From Takakia lepidozioides (lineage: Eukaryota > Plantae > Bryophyta): a stretch of DNA of 64,000 bases. Positions 63,313 to 64,000 of the stretch are shown here, in pieces. The position numbers were made by a program, and so were the translations under genes. How positions within the stretch are numbered: the first letter of the stretch is position 1; each line of letters begins with the position of its first letter. The stretch lies in NCBI GenBank assembly GCA_030704615.1, contig CM060734.1, positions 34,100,001 to 34,164,000 of the forward strand. Reading direction: 5' to 3'. The notes under the pieces were generated by a model that was not told the origin of the DNA, made no database searches, and was given only the letters and a program-made list of their open reading frames with translations.

Positions 63313-63390
63313 GGGCAGGTAGCCCAGTGGTTGGGTGTTTGTGCCTTGCCTCTGCATAACCTGGGTGATCCTGGGTTCATTCCTTCAACA
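63313..63390 (+). other. Possible Pol III A/B-box (tRNA/SINE-derived) remnant
   Basis: TAGCCCAGTGG (63320-63330) and GGGTTCATTCC (63373-63383); no convincing cloverleaf. Confidence 0.3.
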
Positions 63391-64000
63391 TGTGCCTTCA
63401 ACTGTCCATTGGCCCTAGATGGGCTGTGTGTTGAGCAGTAGGCTCTGCAAATTCACTGGACTGATTCTTCCAGGAAGGATGCAGACGCGGTGGTCTGAAA
63501 CTACAGCAGGTAAAACAAAAATTCTTAATCACTTTTACAAAGGGCGAAGTTCTATGTCACCAATGGATGTGATAATGATAAACTCTTTTCTTTTATTTCT
63601 GGGATGATGGCTGAAATCAAGCAATATCAAGCTCACCAGTTTACTGGGTTTGCATTTTGTGCATGTCAGGTGTTGTCTTCTTTGGTTCAACCAAAGTTGG
63701 GTGGATATTTAATGTTTTTTCATTGTTTGGGACTTTAAATTTTTGAATAACTTCTGAACAGTTAGTTTCAATCTTAAACTATTTTCCATCAGTGTGCCAC
63801 CATGACTAAGATTACATCTGCGGAATGCGCAGGTCCTATTTTTGACTTGGAACAAGGACAGGGCCAAAAAATCAAGTTAATTGGCACTATAAACACATAA
63901 ATAACATGAAGAATTTGCTCAACTAGCAAAGGTTAGGTTAGATGATAGGTTTTCGATTGATTGGTTTTATATTTACATGAAGGGTCAAAAATTGAAAACT

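Overview
Intron-rich eukaryotic DNA from a land plant, probably a non-seed plant (inferred from gene style and TE families). There are two intact host genes. One is a 3-exon LRR-X receptor kinase with a NILR1/At1g74360-type island domain (26601-22393, -). The other is a 12-exon SDN-type DEDDh exonuclease (55624-62751, +). The rest is mostly nested, decaying transposons. (i) 1-16.5 kb: a Sola2-like DDD transposase pseudogene lies convergent to two cargo-like genes. One can be rebuilt across frameshifts as a beta-class N6A/N4C DNA-methyltransferase fold with a non-canonical DIPD motif IV; the other is a coiled-coil RING-H2 protein. Each of the three genes has a tandem-repeat array in an intron. 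(ii) 16.7-21.6 kb: an internally deleted Ty3/Gypsy element with an extra 5' ORF, a dUTPase-like domain, a tRNA-Ala PBS and a single LTR preceded by a PPT. (iii) 28-30 kb: a tRNA-derived element split by a TA-flanked MITE. (iv) 31.8-41.4 kb: a Sola1/DUF7869-like DDD transposase, a co-oriented Crypton/DUF3504-like tyrosine recombinase, telomere-like repeats, four copies of a 26-bp palindrome and a divergent YSP-rich ORF. (v) 41.4-53 kb: a CACTA end, direct and inverted ~2.2-kb duplications, inverted LINE fragments and a TnpA-like remnant. The best candidates for an undescribed system are the TE-associated amino-methyltransferase with its structured intronic arrays and the DDD-transposase + tyrosine-recombinase + palindrome module. 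All family assignments come from motif recognition by eye, without database searches.
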